Source: Pocillopora damicornis
Taxonomy: Eukaryota
Length of the DNA stretch: 64,000 nt
Direction: 5' to 3'
Assembly (NCBI RefSeq): GCF_003704095.1
Contig: NW_020846166.1
Location: 1 to 64,000 of the forward strand
Position numbers and translations under genes: made by a program. The notes beneath the pieces were generated by a model that was not told the DNA's origin, did not search any database, and saw only the letters and a program-made list of their open reading frames with translations. Shown here one piece after another: positions 1-11,678 of this stretch; positions within the stretch are counted from its first letter, which is position 1; each line of letters starts with the position of its first letter.

Positions 1-1425
1 TATATTTTCCTCAACAATAAATAACCTGGCCCAGGCTGATTTTAAATGTGATGTTTGAATTCTTCACACTTTATCATTCCCCTCTGTAAAGTCCAGGTAT
101 ACCATTGCTTTTAGGCTTTATAGTTATGTATCAAGTGTAAACTATCTTTAGAAAGTTGAATTTAACTGAAACAGCATAACATTTAAGGCAGCTGAAAATG
201 TCACTTTGTTATATTGTGAACTCTGAGAGGCCAAAAATTGATTATTTGTACTCTTTAGATAGGAAACAAGCACCCTAATGTAACTTTATATGTGTTCCAG
301 TCCTTTTGTGGGCTCAATAACTCAAGGCTTTGAGTTGTTTTGAATTCTTTAACCTCTGACATCTCTCAGATTTATGTTGAGTGTGTTGTGAAAATATTCA
401 AAGGAACAGCCTTTAATTTGTGTTAGTGGAGAAGTTTATAACCTAATTTAATTTACTTATCTTTATAGCTTAGCAGATAACTCAGTTTGTTGTGAGCCCT
501 TTATGGGATAGTAAAGTAAACATGAACAGAGGTTTATGAAACAGGCTGAATAGTTTAGTTTTTCTCAATTGTCATTTGTCTTTGCTTTGCTCTGTGAAAT
601 AATGATTGTTGTGCTCTTATTCTGTAAACATTTTAATTAAACCTTTACACCTTTATATCAGTATGCAGATTCTTCATACTGTTCTCAATTACACATTTCC
701 TTTGGTACTGACAAGGAGAATCTGTGTTTCAATCACAGCTTTTTAGTTTGGCAATCATCTCCTTTATTTCCATGGTCTTTATGATAAATATTTCAGAAGT
801 ACTACTTTAAGGAGAAATTAAATACTTGTCACTTCTAGAATTTAAAGAGTTAAAAATAAAACTTGCCACAAAGCACCTGTGTGACAACTCTGACTGCACT
901 AGAACACTGGTACTTGTAAGTTTTGGAAAAATTATAACCAACAACTTTGGTACTTCTTTGAAGTAGAGTCTCCCTCCTTCAAGCTTTGCCACAGCTTTCA
1001 ATTTTTTTGTTGTTGTTTCCAGCCAATTTGGTTTGAAAGAATTCATAGGGGGTTCCCCTCTAAATTATGCAAGTATCCAAAGCATGTTTTTGTGTAGAAT
1101 ATGGTCACATATAGCCCTAATGGCACCCCTCACGCAGAGAAGATTTTGTTTGGAATCACCTTCCCCCAGTCCCTCAGAAGAAATGTCACTCCTCTATAAA
1201 TACCCGTAAGCTTTTAGAATCCTCACCCCATCCCATTCCAAAAGGCCCTCCAAGGATGGGTGAGGAAATTTCCTGGAGCCACAAACAATGGACAGATTTT
1301 CAATCCAACTTCATTCTGTGGCAATTCAACTCCCCTCATGCAGATCCTAGGTTTACTTAAGGCCTGTGATGTTCCCCTGTGCAGGCTCAAAAGGGAAGGA
1401 ATAACGGAGTGAATTTATAAATAAG
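1..1425. repeat. Inverted copy of the STING 3'-flank duplication block
   Basis: Reverse complement of ~3090-4290 and ~11780-12270 (shared blocks such as AAAACTAAACTATTCAGCCTGTT and the GAATGAAGTTG...TTTGTGGCTC block). Confidence 0.85.
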
Positions 1426-1699
1426 NNNNNNNNNNNNNNNNNNNNNNNNNNNNNNNNNNNNNNNNNNNNNNNNNNNNNNNNNNNNNNNNNNNNNNNNNNN
1501 NNNNNNNNNNNNNNNNNNNNNNNNNTCATCACCCGCTAATTCGTTACCAGTCCACGGGACACTTTGAAGACAAAATAGGAGCACTTTAGGGCCAGTAGAA
1601 GCCGAGTTTTAATTTTTTTAAAGTTTTTCTTCTATTGGAATTGGTTTGTTCATATGATAAGCTAAATATTTAGGCAAAAAAGGAAAAAAAGTTCGTGTC

Positions 1700-1950
1700 C
1701 CAGGCACTTTGAGGGTGTCCACCAGGGAAAAGGCCCAAAACAGGGCGTGATGGAATTATTTGTTCAGAGATTGAAAGTGCTCTCTCAGCAACTTTCAGTT
1801 TCGAAAAACCTTTCCCAGAAGTAGGAAAAACCGAAAGGAAACGCGTTCGTTTCCCACACTGTGTGGAGCCCCCACAGGTTGAAACCACCCCGCGCACGAA
1901 GTGGTTCTCACATAGTGTGTGATGACCGTGATTAAATTTAAAGAAAAATT
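1700..1950 (-). promoter_or_regulatory. Orphan copy of the A-type STING upstream module with ISRE
   Basis: Aligns by eye to ~6435-6670. ACTTTCAGTTTC at 1791-1802. No STING ORF adjacent. Confidence 0.55.
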
Positions 1951-2099
1951 ACTGCACCATCAGGCTTAACAATGCTATTCTCAGCTCGCTTGAATTCCAA
2001 TACCACCACTAATATGGAGAACAGTTAACATTAGCTTGCTGGAGATAGCTCTGCCATATTCAGGCTTTATTCAGGTTTGGTTCACCGAGGAGCATCGAA

Positions 2100-4440
2100 T
2101 TGCCACAGAATGAAGTTGAACTGAAAACCTGTTCACTGTCTATGGCTCTTGGAAATTTCCTCACCCACCCTTGGAGGGCCACTTGGAATGGGATAAGGTG
2201 AGCATTCTAAAAGCTCAATTGTACTTGTAGAGGAATTATACCTTCTCTGAGGGATGGGGAAGTGAATTCTTAACATAATCTTCTCTGTGTGAGAGGTGCA
2301 AATAAGGGTATTTGAACATATTCTACACACACACACACACACAAATGGGTATTTGCAAGATGAAGAGGGAATCTCCCTAAGAATTCTTTCAAACTAGTTT
2401 TACAATTAAGGAGCACTAAGGCCTTCCCTGAGTGTTTTTTTTTTCTCTTAGCAGTGATTGATTTGTAACTAAGACTTGTCCATAGTAAAATCTTGGCAGC
2501 TTATTCTACAAATAAGAGAACTTCTGGCTTGAAACAAAAAACACTTAAACCTGTAGGAAAGCTTGAAGGAGGGAGGGAACCTCCTTCAACCAAAACAAAG
2601 TTGTTGGTTATAATTTTTCCCAAACTTACAAGTAATGGTGTTCTAGTACAGTCAGAGCTGACGCACAGGTGCTTTGTGGTAAGTTTTATTTTTAACCCTT
2701 TCAATCTTAAGAGTGACAAGAATCTAATTTCTCCTTAAAGCAGTACTACTGAAATATTTATTATAAAAACCATGAAAGGAAATGATTGCCAACCTAAAAA
2801 GCTGTGATGTTGTAATCAAATTATTGATAATTAAACCCTAAGGTTAAGTGAAAAACATCAGGCTTATTGAAACCAAGGGTATTCAATTAATAACACAGAG
2901 GAAGTAGATGCCATAACAATGCTTGCAAAGTAGGCAATTGGTTTGTTTGCCTGGTCAACCTTCTTTCCAGGAGAAGGGAGCACCTTCATAGAGAGATACT
3001 GAAGCATACAGAGGCATGCAAAGACTGAAAGCGCACAGTGAAATTTATCACTCTTAGTGGGCAGGGATCTTGACATTCTTGGTGTGCAGCTTGTTTCTAA
3101 ATTTGCTCCAGTATTCCTTCCCTGTTGAGCCTACACAGTGGAACATCACTGGCCTTAAGTAGACCTGGGATCTGCATGAGGAGAGTTGAATTAGCACAGA
3201 ATGAAGTTGAACTGAAAACCTGTCCACTGTTTGTGGCTCTAGGACATTTCCTCACCCATCCTTGGAGGACCACTTGGGATGGGATAGGGTCACTGAGCAT
3301 TCTTAAAGCTTAAGCTTATATATAGAGGAATTATATCTCTTCTGGGGGACTGGGGAAGGGCGATTCCAAACAAAATCTTTTCTGTGTGAGGGGTGAAAAT
3401 AAGGATGATTGAACATATTCTACACAAAAAAGTACTTTGGGTAATTGCAAGATTTAGAGGGGATCTCCTTCTGAAGTCTTTCAAACCAGTTTTACAATTA
3501 AGGCTACTTGATAACTGAGGACTTCACTGAGTATTTTTTTTACTTAGCAGTTACTGATTTATAACTAAGATTTTTCTGTAGTAAAATCTTATTGGTAGCT
3601 TATTCTACAATTGAGGGAGCTTTTGGCTTGAAACAAACAAAAAAAAACTCTTAAACCTGTAGCAAAGCTTGAAAGGGGAGACTCTCCTTCAAAGAAGCAC
3701 CAAAGGTGTTGGTTATAATTTCTCTCAAACTTATAAGTACTGGTATTCTAGCACAGTCAGATTTAACACACAGCTGCTTTGTGTCATGTTTTATTTTTAA
3801 CCCTTTTAATCCTTAGAGTGACAAGTATCAAATTTCTCCTTAAAGTAATATTGCTGAAATATTTATTATAAAGACTGTGGAAATAAAGAAAATAAATGCC
3901 AAACTAAAAAGCTGTGATTGAAACACAAATTCTCCTTGTAAGGAAATTTGCAACTGAGAATAGTAGGAAGAATATGCATACTGATATAGAGGTGTAAAGG
4001 GATAATTAATATGTTTACAGAATAAGAGCACAACAATCATCAATTTAAGTATTTCACTGAGCAAAGCAAAGAAAAATGAAAACTGAGAAAAACTAAACTA
4101 TTCAGCCTGTTTTATAAATCTCTGTTCATGTTTACGTTACTATCCCACTGAGGGCTCACTACAAATTATGTAATCTGCTTGGCTATAAGGAAGGGCAAAA
4201 TAAATTAGGCTATAGCCTTCTCCACTTACACAAATTAAAGGCTGTGCCTTTGAATGTTTTCAGAACACAATCAACATAAATCTGCAAGATGAGGACTGTC
4301 CCTTTACTAACCTCTCTAAAAAACAATGTTAGTCTCCTTAACCAACATCAAGTGGTATCTATTATGGGTGAAATAAAAGTATAAGCCACAAGATTTAGAT
4401 AAAGATTTGTAATCAACATCTTTGCCCCTTCAAAGGCTCC
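2100..4440. repeat. STING 3'-flank segmental repeat, internally duplicated (units ~2100-2810 and ~2810-4440)
   Basis: The block GAATGAAGTTGAACTGAAAACCTGT occurs at ~2108 and ~3199 with colinear downstream sequence; further copies at ~7020 and ~7684. Confidence 0.85.
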
Positions 4441-4568
4441 TCATTCCTACATGCATCAGAAAAGAAATATTTCATTTACTATATTGCAGGTCCTGTAAAA
4501 TATCAGGAACTTATGTGTACAACATTACAGACTGAGTTTCTTGCTACACCGAGTTAGCATTATTTTGT

Positions 4569-6283
4569 TTAGAGCTGTTCTTGTTCTGGTCTGTGCACTC
4601 CATTAGCTTCTGGATTGTGCATCTCAATGTTGGCAGCGTTATGCATCCCAATCAGGACATTTGAGATCTCATTTGGATCATTTCCTGAAATTGGCACTAA
4701 TTCATAAGTCCCTCTGCACTCTTCGGAGTTCTCCAGAATTTCCCTCAATTTTTGGATGAATAACACCACCTATAAGTAAAAATGAAGAGAAGTTCCAGTT
4801 AGATGTGCATCCCACCTCAAACAAATCATATTTATGAGGACCAGTCCTAAGGGGGGGAGGGGGGTACTTCCTAATAAAAGGCTAATGGGGATGTGCTACT
4901 GGATGGCTTGCATTTCCACTGCTAGATTTACTATTTAATAATGGGTTTGCAATTTCAATGCAGTTCCAACAATGGGGTTGCACTCTTCCAGATTTTGGGG
5001 TGAGACAATGTATGCCCAATTGGGAAGATTCATGGTTAAATGAGTCAATTCATTTTAAGATGAGCTACTTAAAAGGCTTTCTAAGGCAGATACATAAAAC
5101 AGAAAGTGACTAAGTTGGGATAGTGAAAGAAACATTCACTTAAAAGCACCTTAGATGGGATCTACAAATGACCACAGAATAGATTATAATGGGTTGAGGG
5201 AGGGTGGGTTCTAAGAGGCCAGTGGCATATACACAGCAGAAATTGACCCAATTACCCAGGGATCAGCCACAATATTGCTTGTGGTAATTAGATCAGGATT
5301 CTCTTCCACTTTGAAAATCAAAGAGAAAATACTAGAAACTTGCCTACCTGATGATCCCGCTCCTCACGATTAAAGGAGGCGTCTGCATGCTCAGACATAT
5401 CATAAAGGGACATCAGAGGTGTGGCATACTCCAAGATAAAGTGGTACCTTTCTACTGTTCCATCAGGGCGGGGCATTTCTATCTTATGTACCGAATGCTT
5501 GTAAATTCTTTCCTTAATTCCACCCCTACTAATTTTAAGCTCTGGGAGATTACCGACCCATTTTACCCTTGGGTCTGCGTCTTTGATGTCAGCACAAGTG
5601 AAGCACGTTTTGGGCAGTAAAATGAATAGCTTTTTCCTTGTTATTTCATAACGAAAAAGCTCCGATCTGCCAATCTGATCTTTCAGTTTTGGCAGTACCA
5701 GCTTCAGATAACCAAAGTAGTAGCTCCAAGCCAGCCCATCAGCCACATTCTTGTTTTCTTTTTCGTTTAAATCCGATGTTTCCACAGGAGAGAGCTGTCG
5801 GAGACCCACAAGGTACAACAACTGCGGAGCCACGAAACAGTTCAGAAAAAAGAAAATGGCGAATTCTGGGCGAGAGAAAACTTCGTATTGTTCATACAAC
5901 TGATAACATAATATGAGAGCGGAAGCAATAGCAGCGACTAAAATACACTTGCCATAATCGAAGGTGAAAGTGGTCTTAAAAATACCCTTCAACTTTCCTT
6001 GATATCTCGTGCGTTTGTGTTTGAACTCCTCAGACAACAGGGGCAACCTTCGAAATAATTCACCGAAAACAAAACTGAGGGTAAGCAGGGCAGCTGTAAA
6101 CACCAGGAAATGAAACTCCTTCTCTTTATCTTTCACCGCGAAGAATAGCGTCGCGCCACTTATCACAACCATAATAGCTGAAGTGACAGTAGCAGTTTTC
6201 CCACGACGCTTGAAAAGTGGTCCAAAGCCGTTATTTTCTTGCTGAGCTAAGTCATCTCCTCGAGGAAGACGATTTTCAGCCAT
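4569..6283 (-). CDS. STING1: STING paralog A (stimulator of interferon genes), 2 exons: 6283-5348 and 4769-4569, ~378 aa
   Basis: N-terminal hydrophobic TM segments followed by STING hallmarks [41 protein letters not shown] and EYATPL. Phase-0 GT..AG intron (CAG|gtaggc ... ttatag|GTG) joins to exon 2 [12 protein letters not shown]... Confidence 0.95.
4851..5258. mobile_element. Putative non-autonomous element with GGGGGTACT...CCCAATTACCC ends in the STING A intron
   Basis: G-run plus TACT at the left end and a degenerate complementary end at the right. Absent from the introns of B, C and D. Confidence 0.45.
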
Positions 6284-6394
6284 GGTGTATATAATATTTC
6301 CTCCTAAACGCAGAATTTACGTACTCGTAAAGATGGTCACAAAGAAATGCGTTAAACTGGGGAAGGCAGATCGATTTGACTCCCGACATGATTT

Positions 6395-6560
6395 ATTTTG
6401 GGAATCCCCTAGATAAAAACTCTGACCTTGATTGGCCAGGAGTCTTGAGGGTGTCTTTGGGCTTCCCCCCGCGAGGGGAAATTCGGAGATTGAAAGTGCT
6501 CTCTCAGCAAGTTTCAGTTTCGAAAACCTTTTTCCGGAGGAATGTTAAACCGAAAGGAGA
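6395..6560 (-). promoter_or_regulatory. STING A promoter cassette (kB / CCAAT / kB-like / ISRE)
   Basis: GGGAATCCCC 6400-6409; ATTGG (CCAAT on -) 6431-6435; GGGCTTCCCC 6459-6468; AGTTTCAGTTTC 6510-6521 (ISRE consensus); AAACCGAAAG 6547-6556. Confidence 0.7.
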
Positions 6561-6814
6561 ATGCGTTGGTTTCCTAAACCGCGTGGAGCCTCCTTAGGTT
6601 GAAACTACCTCGAGCACGAGGTGGTTCTCACATCATGTGTAAAGACCGTGATTCAATTTAAAGAAAAATTATTTCAGCTTTCTCTCTCTGTCTAGGTTAT
6701 TGTCCAGCTAAAGAGAGAAGAACTATCTCGATCCTTGACTGTTGTTATTATTAATGACATTCAAATTCATATGCTTTTTCTAATAATTAATAATTTGAAC
6801 TTTACATAGGGGCT

Positions 6815-8299
6815 TTGATGTTGTAATCAAATTATTGATAACTAAACCCCATGGTCAAGTGGAAAACATTGGGCTCGTTGAGACCAAAGGTATTCAATAA
6901 ATCACAAGGAGGATTATTCTTGGTGTGCCGCTTATTTATAAATTTGCCTCATTATTTCTCAGGAACATCACTGGCCATAAGTAAACCTGGGATCTGTATC
7001 AGGGGAGTTAAATTGTTACAGACTGAAGTTGAATCGAAAACCTGTCCTCTGTTTGTGGCTCCAAGAAATTTCCAACCCACTCTTGGAGGGCCTTTTGGAT
7101 TTGGATAGGGTGAGGATTCTAAAAACCTTATGGGTATTTATAGAGGAATGACATCTCTTGTGATTGATGGATGGGGGAAGGTGATTCTGAACAAAATCCT
7201 CTCTGTGTGAGGGGTGCAATTAGGGATATTTTTAAACATATTCTACACAAAAGAATACTTTGGATACTTGCATGATTTAGAGGGGATCTCCCTATGAATT
7301 CTTTCAAACCAGTTTTACAGTTTAGGCAACTTGATCACTAAGGCCTTCCCTGAGTGTTTTTTTTNNNNNNNNNNNNNNNNNNNNNNNNNNNNNNNNNNNN
7401 NNNNNNNNNNNNNNNNNNNNNNNNNNNNNNNNNNNNNNNNNNNNNNNNNNNNNNNNNNNNNNNNTGTAATCAAATTATTGATAATTAAACCCCATGGTCA
7501 AGTGGAAAACATTGGGCTTGTTGAGACCAAGGGTATTCAGTTAATCACAAGGAGGATTATTCTTGGTGTCCAGCTTATTTCTAAATTCACTCCATTATTC
7601 CTTCCCTGTTGAGCCTACACAGTGGAACATGACTGGCCTTAAGTAAACCTGGGATCTGCATCAGGGGAGTTTAATCACCACAGAATGAAGTTGAATTGAA
7701 AACCTGTCCACTGTTTGTGGCTCCAAAAAACTTCCTCACCCATCCTTGGAGGGCCTTTTGGAATAGGATAGGGTGAGGATTCTAAAAGCTTATGGGTATT
7801 TATAGAGGAATGATATTTCTTCTGAGCAATGGATGGGGAAAGGTGATTCCAAACAAAATCCTCTGTGTGAGGGGTGCAATTAGGGATATTTTTTAACATA
7901 TTCTACTTTGGATACTTGCATGATTTAGAGGGGATCTCACTATGAATTCTTTCAAACCAGTTTTACAGTTTAGGCTACTCGATAACTAAAGCCTTGCCTG
8001 AGTGTTTTTTTTCTTAGCAGTTTTGTAACTAAGAATTTTCCGTAGTGAAATCTTTGTAGTTTATTCTACAATTGAGAGAACTTCTGGCTTGAAACAACAA
8101 AAAAATTGAAAGCTGTGGCAAAACTTGAAGGGGGGAGACTCTCCTTCAAAGAAGCACCAAAGTTGTTGGTTATAATTTTTCCCAAACTTATAGGTACTGG
8201 TGTTCTAGTACAGTCAAAGTTAACACACAAGTGCTTTGTGGCAAGTTTTATTTTTTTAACCTGTTAGATCCTAGAGTGACAAGTATCTAATTTCTCCTT
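6815..8299. repeat. Two further tandem copies of the flank repeat between STING A and B
   Basis: TGTAATCAAATTATTGATAA...CCCATGGTCAAGTGGAAAACATTGGGC at ~6822 and ~7464, colinear with 2810-3840. Confidence 0.85.
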
Positions 8300-8973
8300 N
8301 NNNNNNNNNNNNNNNNNNNNNNNNNNNNNNNNNNNNNNNNNNNNNNNNNNNNNNNNNNNNNNNNNNNNNNNNNNNNNNNNNNNNNNNNNNNNNNNNNNNN
8401 NNNNNNNNNNNNNNNNNNNNNNNNNNNNNNNNNNNNNNNNNNNNNNNNNNNNNNNNNNNNNNNNNNNNNNNNNNNNNNNNNNNNNNNNNNNNNNNNNNNN
8501 NNNNNNNNNNNNNNNNNNNNNNNNNNNNNNNNNNNNNNNNNNNNNNNNNNNNNNNNNNNNNNNNNNNNNNNNNNNNNNNNNNNNNNNNNNNNNNNNNNNN
8601 NNNNNNNNNNNNNNNNNNNNNNNNNNNNNNNNNNNNNNNNNNNNNNNNNNNNNNNNNNNNNNNNNNNNNNNNNNNNNNNNNNNNNNNNNNNNNNNNNNNN
8701 NNNNNNNNNNNNNNNNNNNNNNNNNNNNNNNNNNNNNNNNNNNNNNNNNNNNNNNNNNNNNNNNNNNNNNNNNNNNNNNNNNNNNGGATGCTTGCTTTCT
8801 AGCTTAAGAGTACAAATAATCAATTTTTGGCCTCTCAGGGTCTGACACTGTGTTTCTTAACACTCAGAAACACAGCTCTATACATGTGCAATGTATAACA
8901 AGAGTTCCTTTGTTGTCCATACTGTTGCTGTGGAGCAGCAGCCACATATCTGCTCTATTGCCTAGTTTGCTCA

Positions 8974-9887
8974 TCAGTCTCCTCTTCTTAATCTCTTTTT
9001 GGTTGCACTGTGCATTCCCACAAGGACATCCGCAATCTTGTTTGTGTCATTTCCTGAAATTGGAACCAATTCATACTTTCCTCTGCATTCCTCAGAGTCA
9101 TCCAAAATTTCCCTCAGCTTATGGATGAATAACACCACCTAGGTTACAACGAAAATGGTTTCAGTTGGTGTAAGCATTAGCTTAACCCTTCAGCTCTCAG
9201 TAGTGATTGACCTGTAACTTCTCCACATAATATCCATACATCATCCAGCAAACAGTTGATGAGAATACTCAAACTTATCAGATAGAAGTTGTTATCTTGA
9301 TTTAATGCCAAATTCTAGTGTATAAGCTAGAAAAGTGAATAAACAATCAGATCTTGGGAGTTAAAGGGTTAAAAAAAAAAAGGGTATTAAAAAAAAACTA
9401 CCTCAAAAAGAAATTCTAAGAACAAATATTTGTTATCATATATCTAAAATCACACAACAGATCACACTTGTTCACCTGATGATCCCGCTCTGGACCAGTC
9501 AAAGGGGCCTTTGCATGACCAGACATTTCGCACAGGGACATAAGAGGCGTAGCGTACTCCAAGACAAAGTGGTACTCTTCCACTGTTCCATCTGGGCGGG
9601 GCATCTCTATGCGGTGTACCGCATGCTGGTAACTTCTCTCCAAAATTCCAGCCCTGTTAATTTTACTCGCGGGAAGTTTGCCGGCCCATTTTACCCTGTC
9701 ATCTGCTTTGGATATTTCTTCAAATGCATAGCACGTTTTTGGAAGTAAAATGAAAAGCTTTTCGTCTGTAATCTTATGACGAAATGTGTCCGATTCGGAA
9801 ATACGATATCCCAGTCTTGGCAGCACCAGCTTGAGATAACCAAAGTAGTAGCTCCAAGCCAGCCCATCAGCCACATTCTTGTTTTCT
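8974..9887 (-). CDS. STING1: STING paralog B, 3' part (exon 1 partial 9887-9476, exon 2 9138-8974); 5' end lost in the gap at 9888
   Basis: [17 protein letters not shown]...[11 protein letters not shown]...EYATPLMSL. Same intron position as the other copies. Exon 2 has a +1 indel relative to copy C and ends ...[12 protein letters not shown]. Confidence 0.88.
9182..9372. mobile_element. piggyBac-type MITE (TTAA-CCC...GGG-TTAA) in the STING B intron
   Basis: TTAACCCTT...GGGAGTTAAAGGGTTAA termini with TTAA on both sides. Confidence 0.75.
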
Positions 9888-10344
9888 NNNNNNNNNNNNN
9901 NNNNNNNNNNNNNNNNNNNNNNNNNNNNNNNNNNNNNNNNNNNNNNNNNNNNNNNNNNNNNNNNNNNNNNNNNNNNNNNNNNNNNNNGTTTCAACTCGCT
10001 GTCTGATTGGTTAATTAGGACAATACGTTAAGGTGAGGTGTCTCTGTGGGGATGGGGTAAGTATTGTACATTAATCGACCTAAAACAGATAAACAACTAA
10101 AACAGATAAACAACGGACAAAATTCGAGTGGCGTGTGTTACCCGCAAGTTATGTAGAAGAATGTGTGGGTGCATTTCCCAAAGGAACGAAGGAAATATGA
10201 TCCCATTTGGCACTTGAATTAAACGCCTCTTGATGCCCCTCGATGCTCTTCGGTGAACCAAGCCTGAATATGGAGCAAGCAAGCTACTTTTAACTGTCCT
10301 CCATGTTAATGATGGTATTCGAATTCATGTGAGTTGAGATTTAG

Positions 10345-10508
10345 CAATGGTTCATATGTCAGCGTGCGTTCATCGAGATATGAAGCACGCGGGATGTTTG
10401 GAGAGCACGAAAGGTGCGTAAGAGTTGCTCCAGGCTTCTTGAGCGCTCTCCAAACTTCCCAAGGGCTTCATATCTCGATGGACGCACAGCTGACGTAAGA
10501 ACCAATTG
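10345..10508. mobile_element. Palindromic (hairpin) MITE-like repeat
   Basis: ~60-bp imperfect inverted arms: GTCAGCGTGCGTTCATCGAGATATGAAGC...GTTTGGAGAGC versus GCTCTCCAAAC...GCTTCATATCTCGATGGACGCACAGCTGAC. Confidence 0.7.
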
Positions 10509-10699
10509 TTTTATAACATTTTCAACCCAAAGGAAAATTCTTTTCTCGAGGGATTTGTTTGCTGATGTCATGAGCGTGCACAATAGGAATATGAAGCACG
10601 CTCGTGTAATTGAATTTGATTAGACAAATTTACTAGCTCTGTTAAAAATACCATTGTTAAACCTGTTGGTGACGTAATTTGTCTTTAATTTAATTAAGG

Positions 10700-10975
10700 T
10701 CAAACCTCGTGCTCGAGGTGATTTCAACCTGCGCGGGCTCCACGCGGTGTAGGAAACCAACGGGTTTTCCTTTCGGTTTTTCAGTCCTCTGAGATAGGTT
10801 TTCGAAACTGAAACTTACTGAGAGAGCACTTTCAATCTCCTAACAAATTATTTCATCACGCCCTATTTGAGGATACTACCCAAGCGGGGGACAGCCCAAA
10901 GACAAACACAAGACTCTTGGCCAGTCAAGGCCAGAGTTTTTATTTAGAGGATTTCCCAGGTAAATCATATCGGTT
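10700..10975 (+). promoter_or_regulatory. Second orphan A-type upstream module, upstream of the B promoter
   Basis: Reverse complement of ~6385-6620. GAAACTGAAACT 10804-10815 intact; CCAAT mutated to CCAGT and the proximal kB site altered. Confidence 0.55.
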
Positions 10976-11299
10976 TATGCAGAAGTTTTATGTCATTTGG
11001 CAATAGCATTAATAACCTCTTGATCTTCCTTGTTCTCTTCTATGATCCTAGCCAAGATTAAGGCAGAGCTAATTTTAACTGGCCCTCGCATAAATATGGA
11101 TAATCCAATATTGAAGCAATAGCTATCATTATAAACCCTGATTTAAAATTTTAATTTTTTTCTAGTTTCTATGAGGACATGCAACCTTCCTGTGAAAACC
11201 ACAATTTTTAAACTTGATAGACTTTCAAGGAGTAGAGGGGCTCCAAAAGGTATAGGTTAGGGAAAAGTTTTTATTTTAGTTTTTCATTCGTGAGGGAAA

Positions 11300-11460
11300 G
11301 ATCTCTAGAAACCGAAAGTTGCTGAAAAAGCACTATGAAACTTTGATTAGCCCACCCCTTCAGGGGGGTTTTCCCCCAGGGGTACACCTTATAAACACCC
11401 TGACGTGCTCCTGGCCAATCAGGTCCAGAGAATTGATGTGGGGGATTACCCAAGTAAATG
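11300..11460 (+). promoter_or_regulatory. STING B promoter cassette
   Basis: GAAACCGAAAGT 11308-11319; GGGGTTTTCCCC 11365-11376; CCAAT 11415-11419; GGGGATTACCC 11441-11451. Confidence 0.7.
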
Positions 11461-11569
11461 GCGTTCTATTTGAATAAGTGATCAGCTCTCAACAATTTGA
11501 CGCATTTAGTGGTGGTCAACTTCACGAGTACTACGAGACCATCGAGAGAAAGAAATAGTTTTATCCACC

Positions 11570-11678
11570 ATGGCAGATAATCTTCTTCCCCAAGGAGATG
11601 ACGTAGCTCAGCAATCACATAATAGCTTTGGACCACTTTCCGAGCTTCGTGGAAATATTGCTACGATCACATCAGCTA
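11570..11678 (+). CDS. STING1: STING N-terminal fragment, probably the missing 5' end of paralog B on an inverted contig
   Basis: [36 protein letters not shown] is nearly identical to the N-terminus of copy C. It runs into an N gap and is preceded by a C-type promoter on the + strand. Confidence 0.8.

Noticed and set aside
807-2738. Similar 79-81 aa ORFs (KLEGGR...KLLVIIFPKLTS) in the flank repeat
   Set aside because: Similarity is explained by DNA duplication. Other copies have indels, and the ORFs run into a MITE end
5318-5347. ORF-track C-termini of the STING exon-1 ORFs ([16 protein letters not shown]..., VVR)
   Set aside because: These are read-through into the intron. A GT donor follows the DHQ codons in all copies and a conserved exon 2 exists
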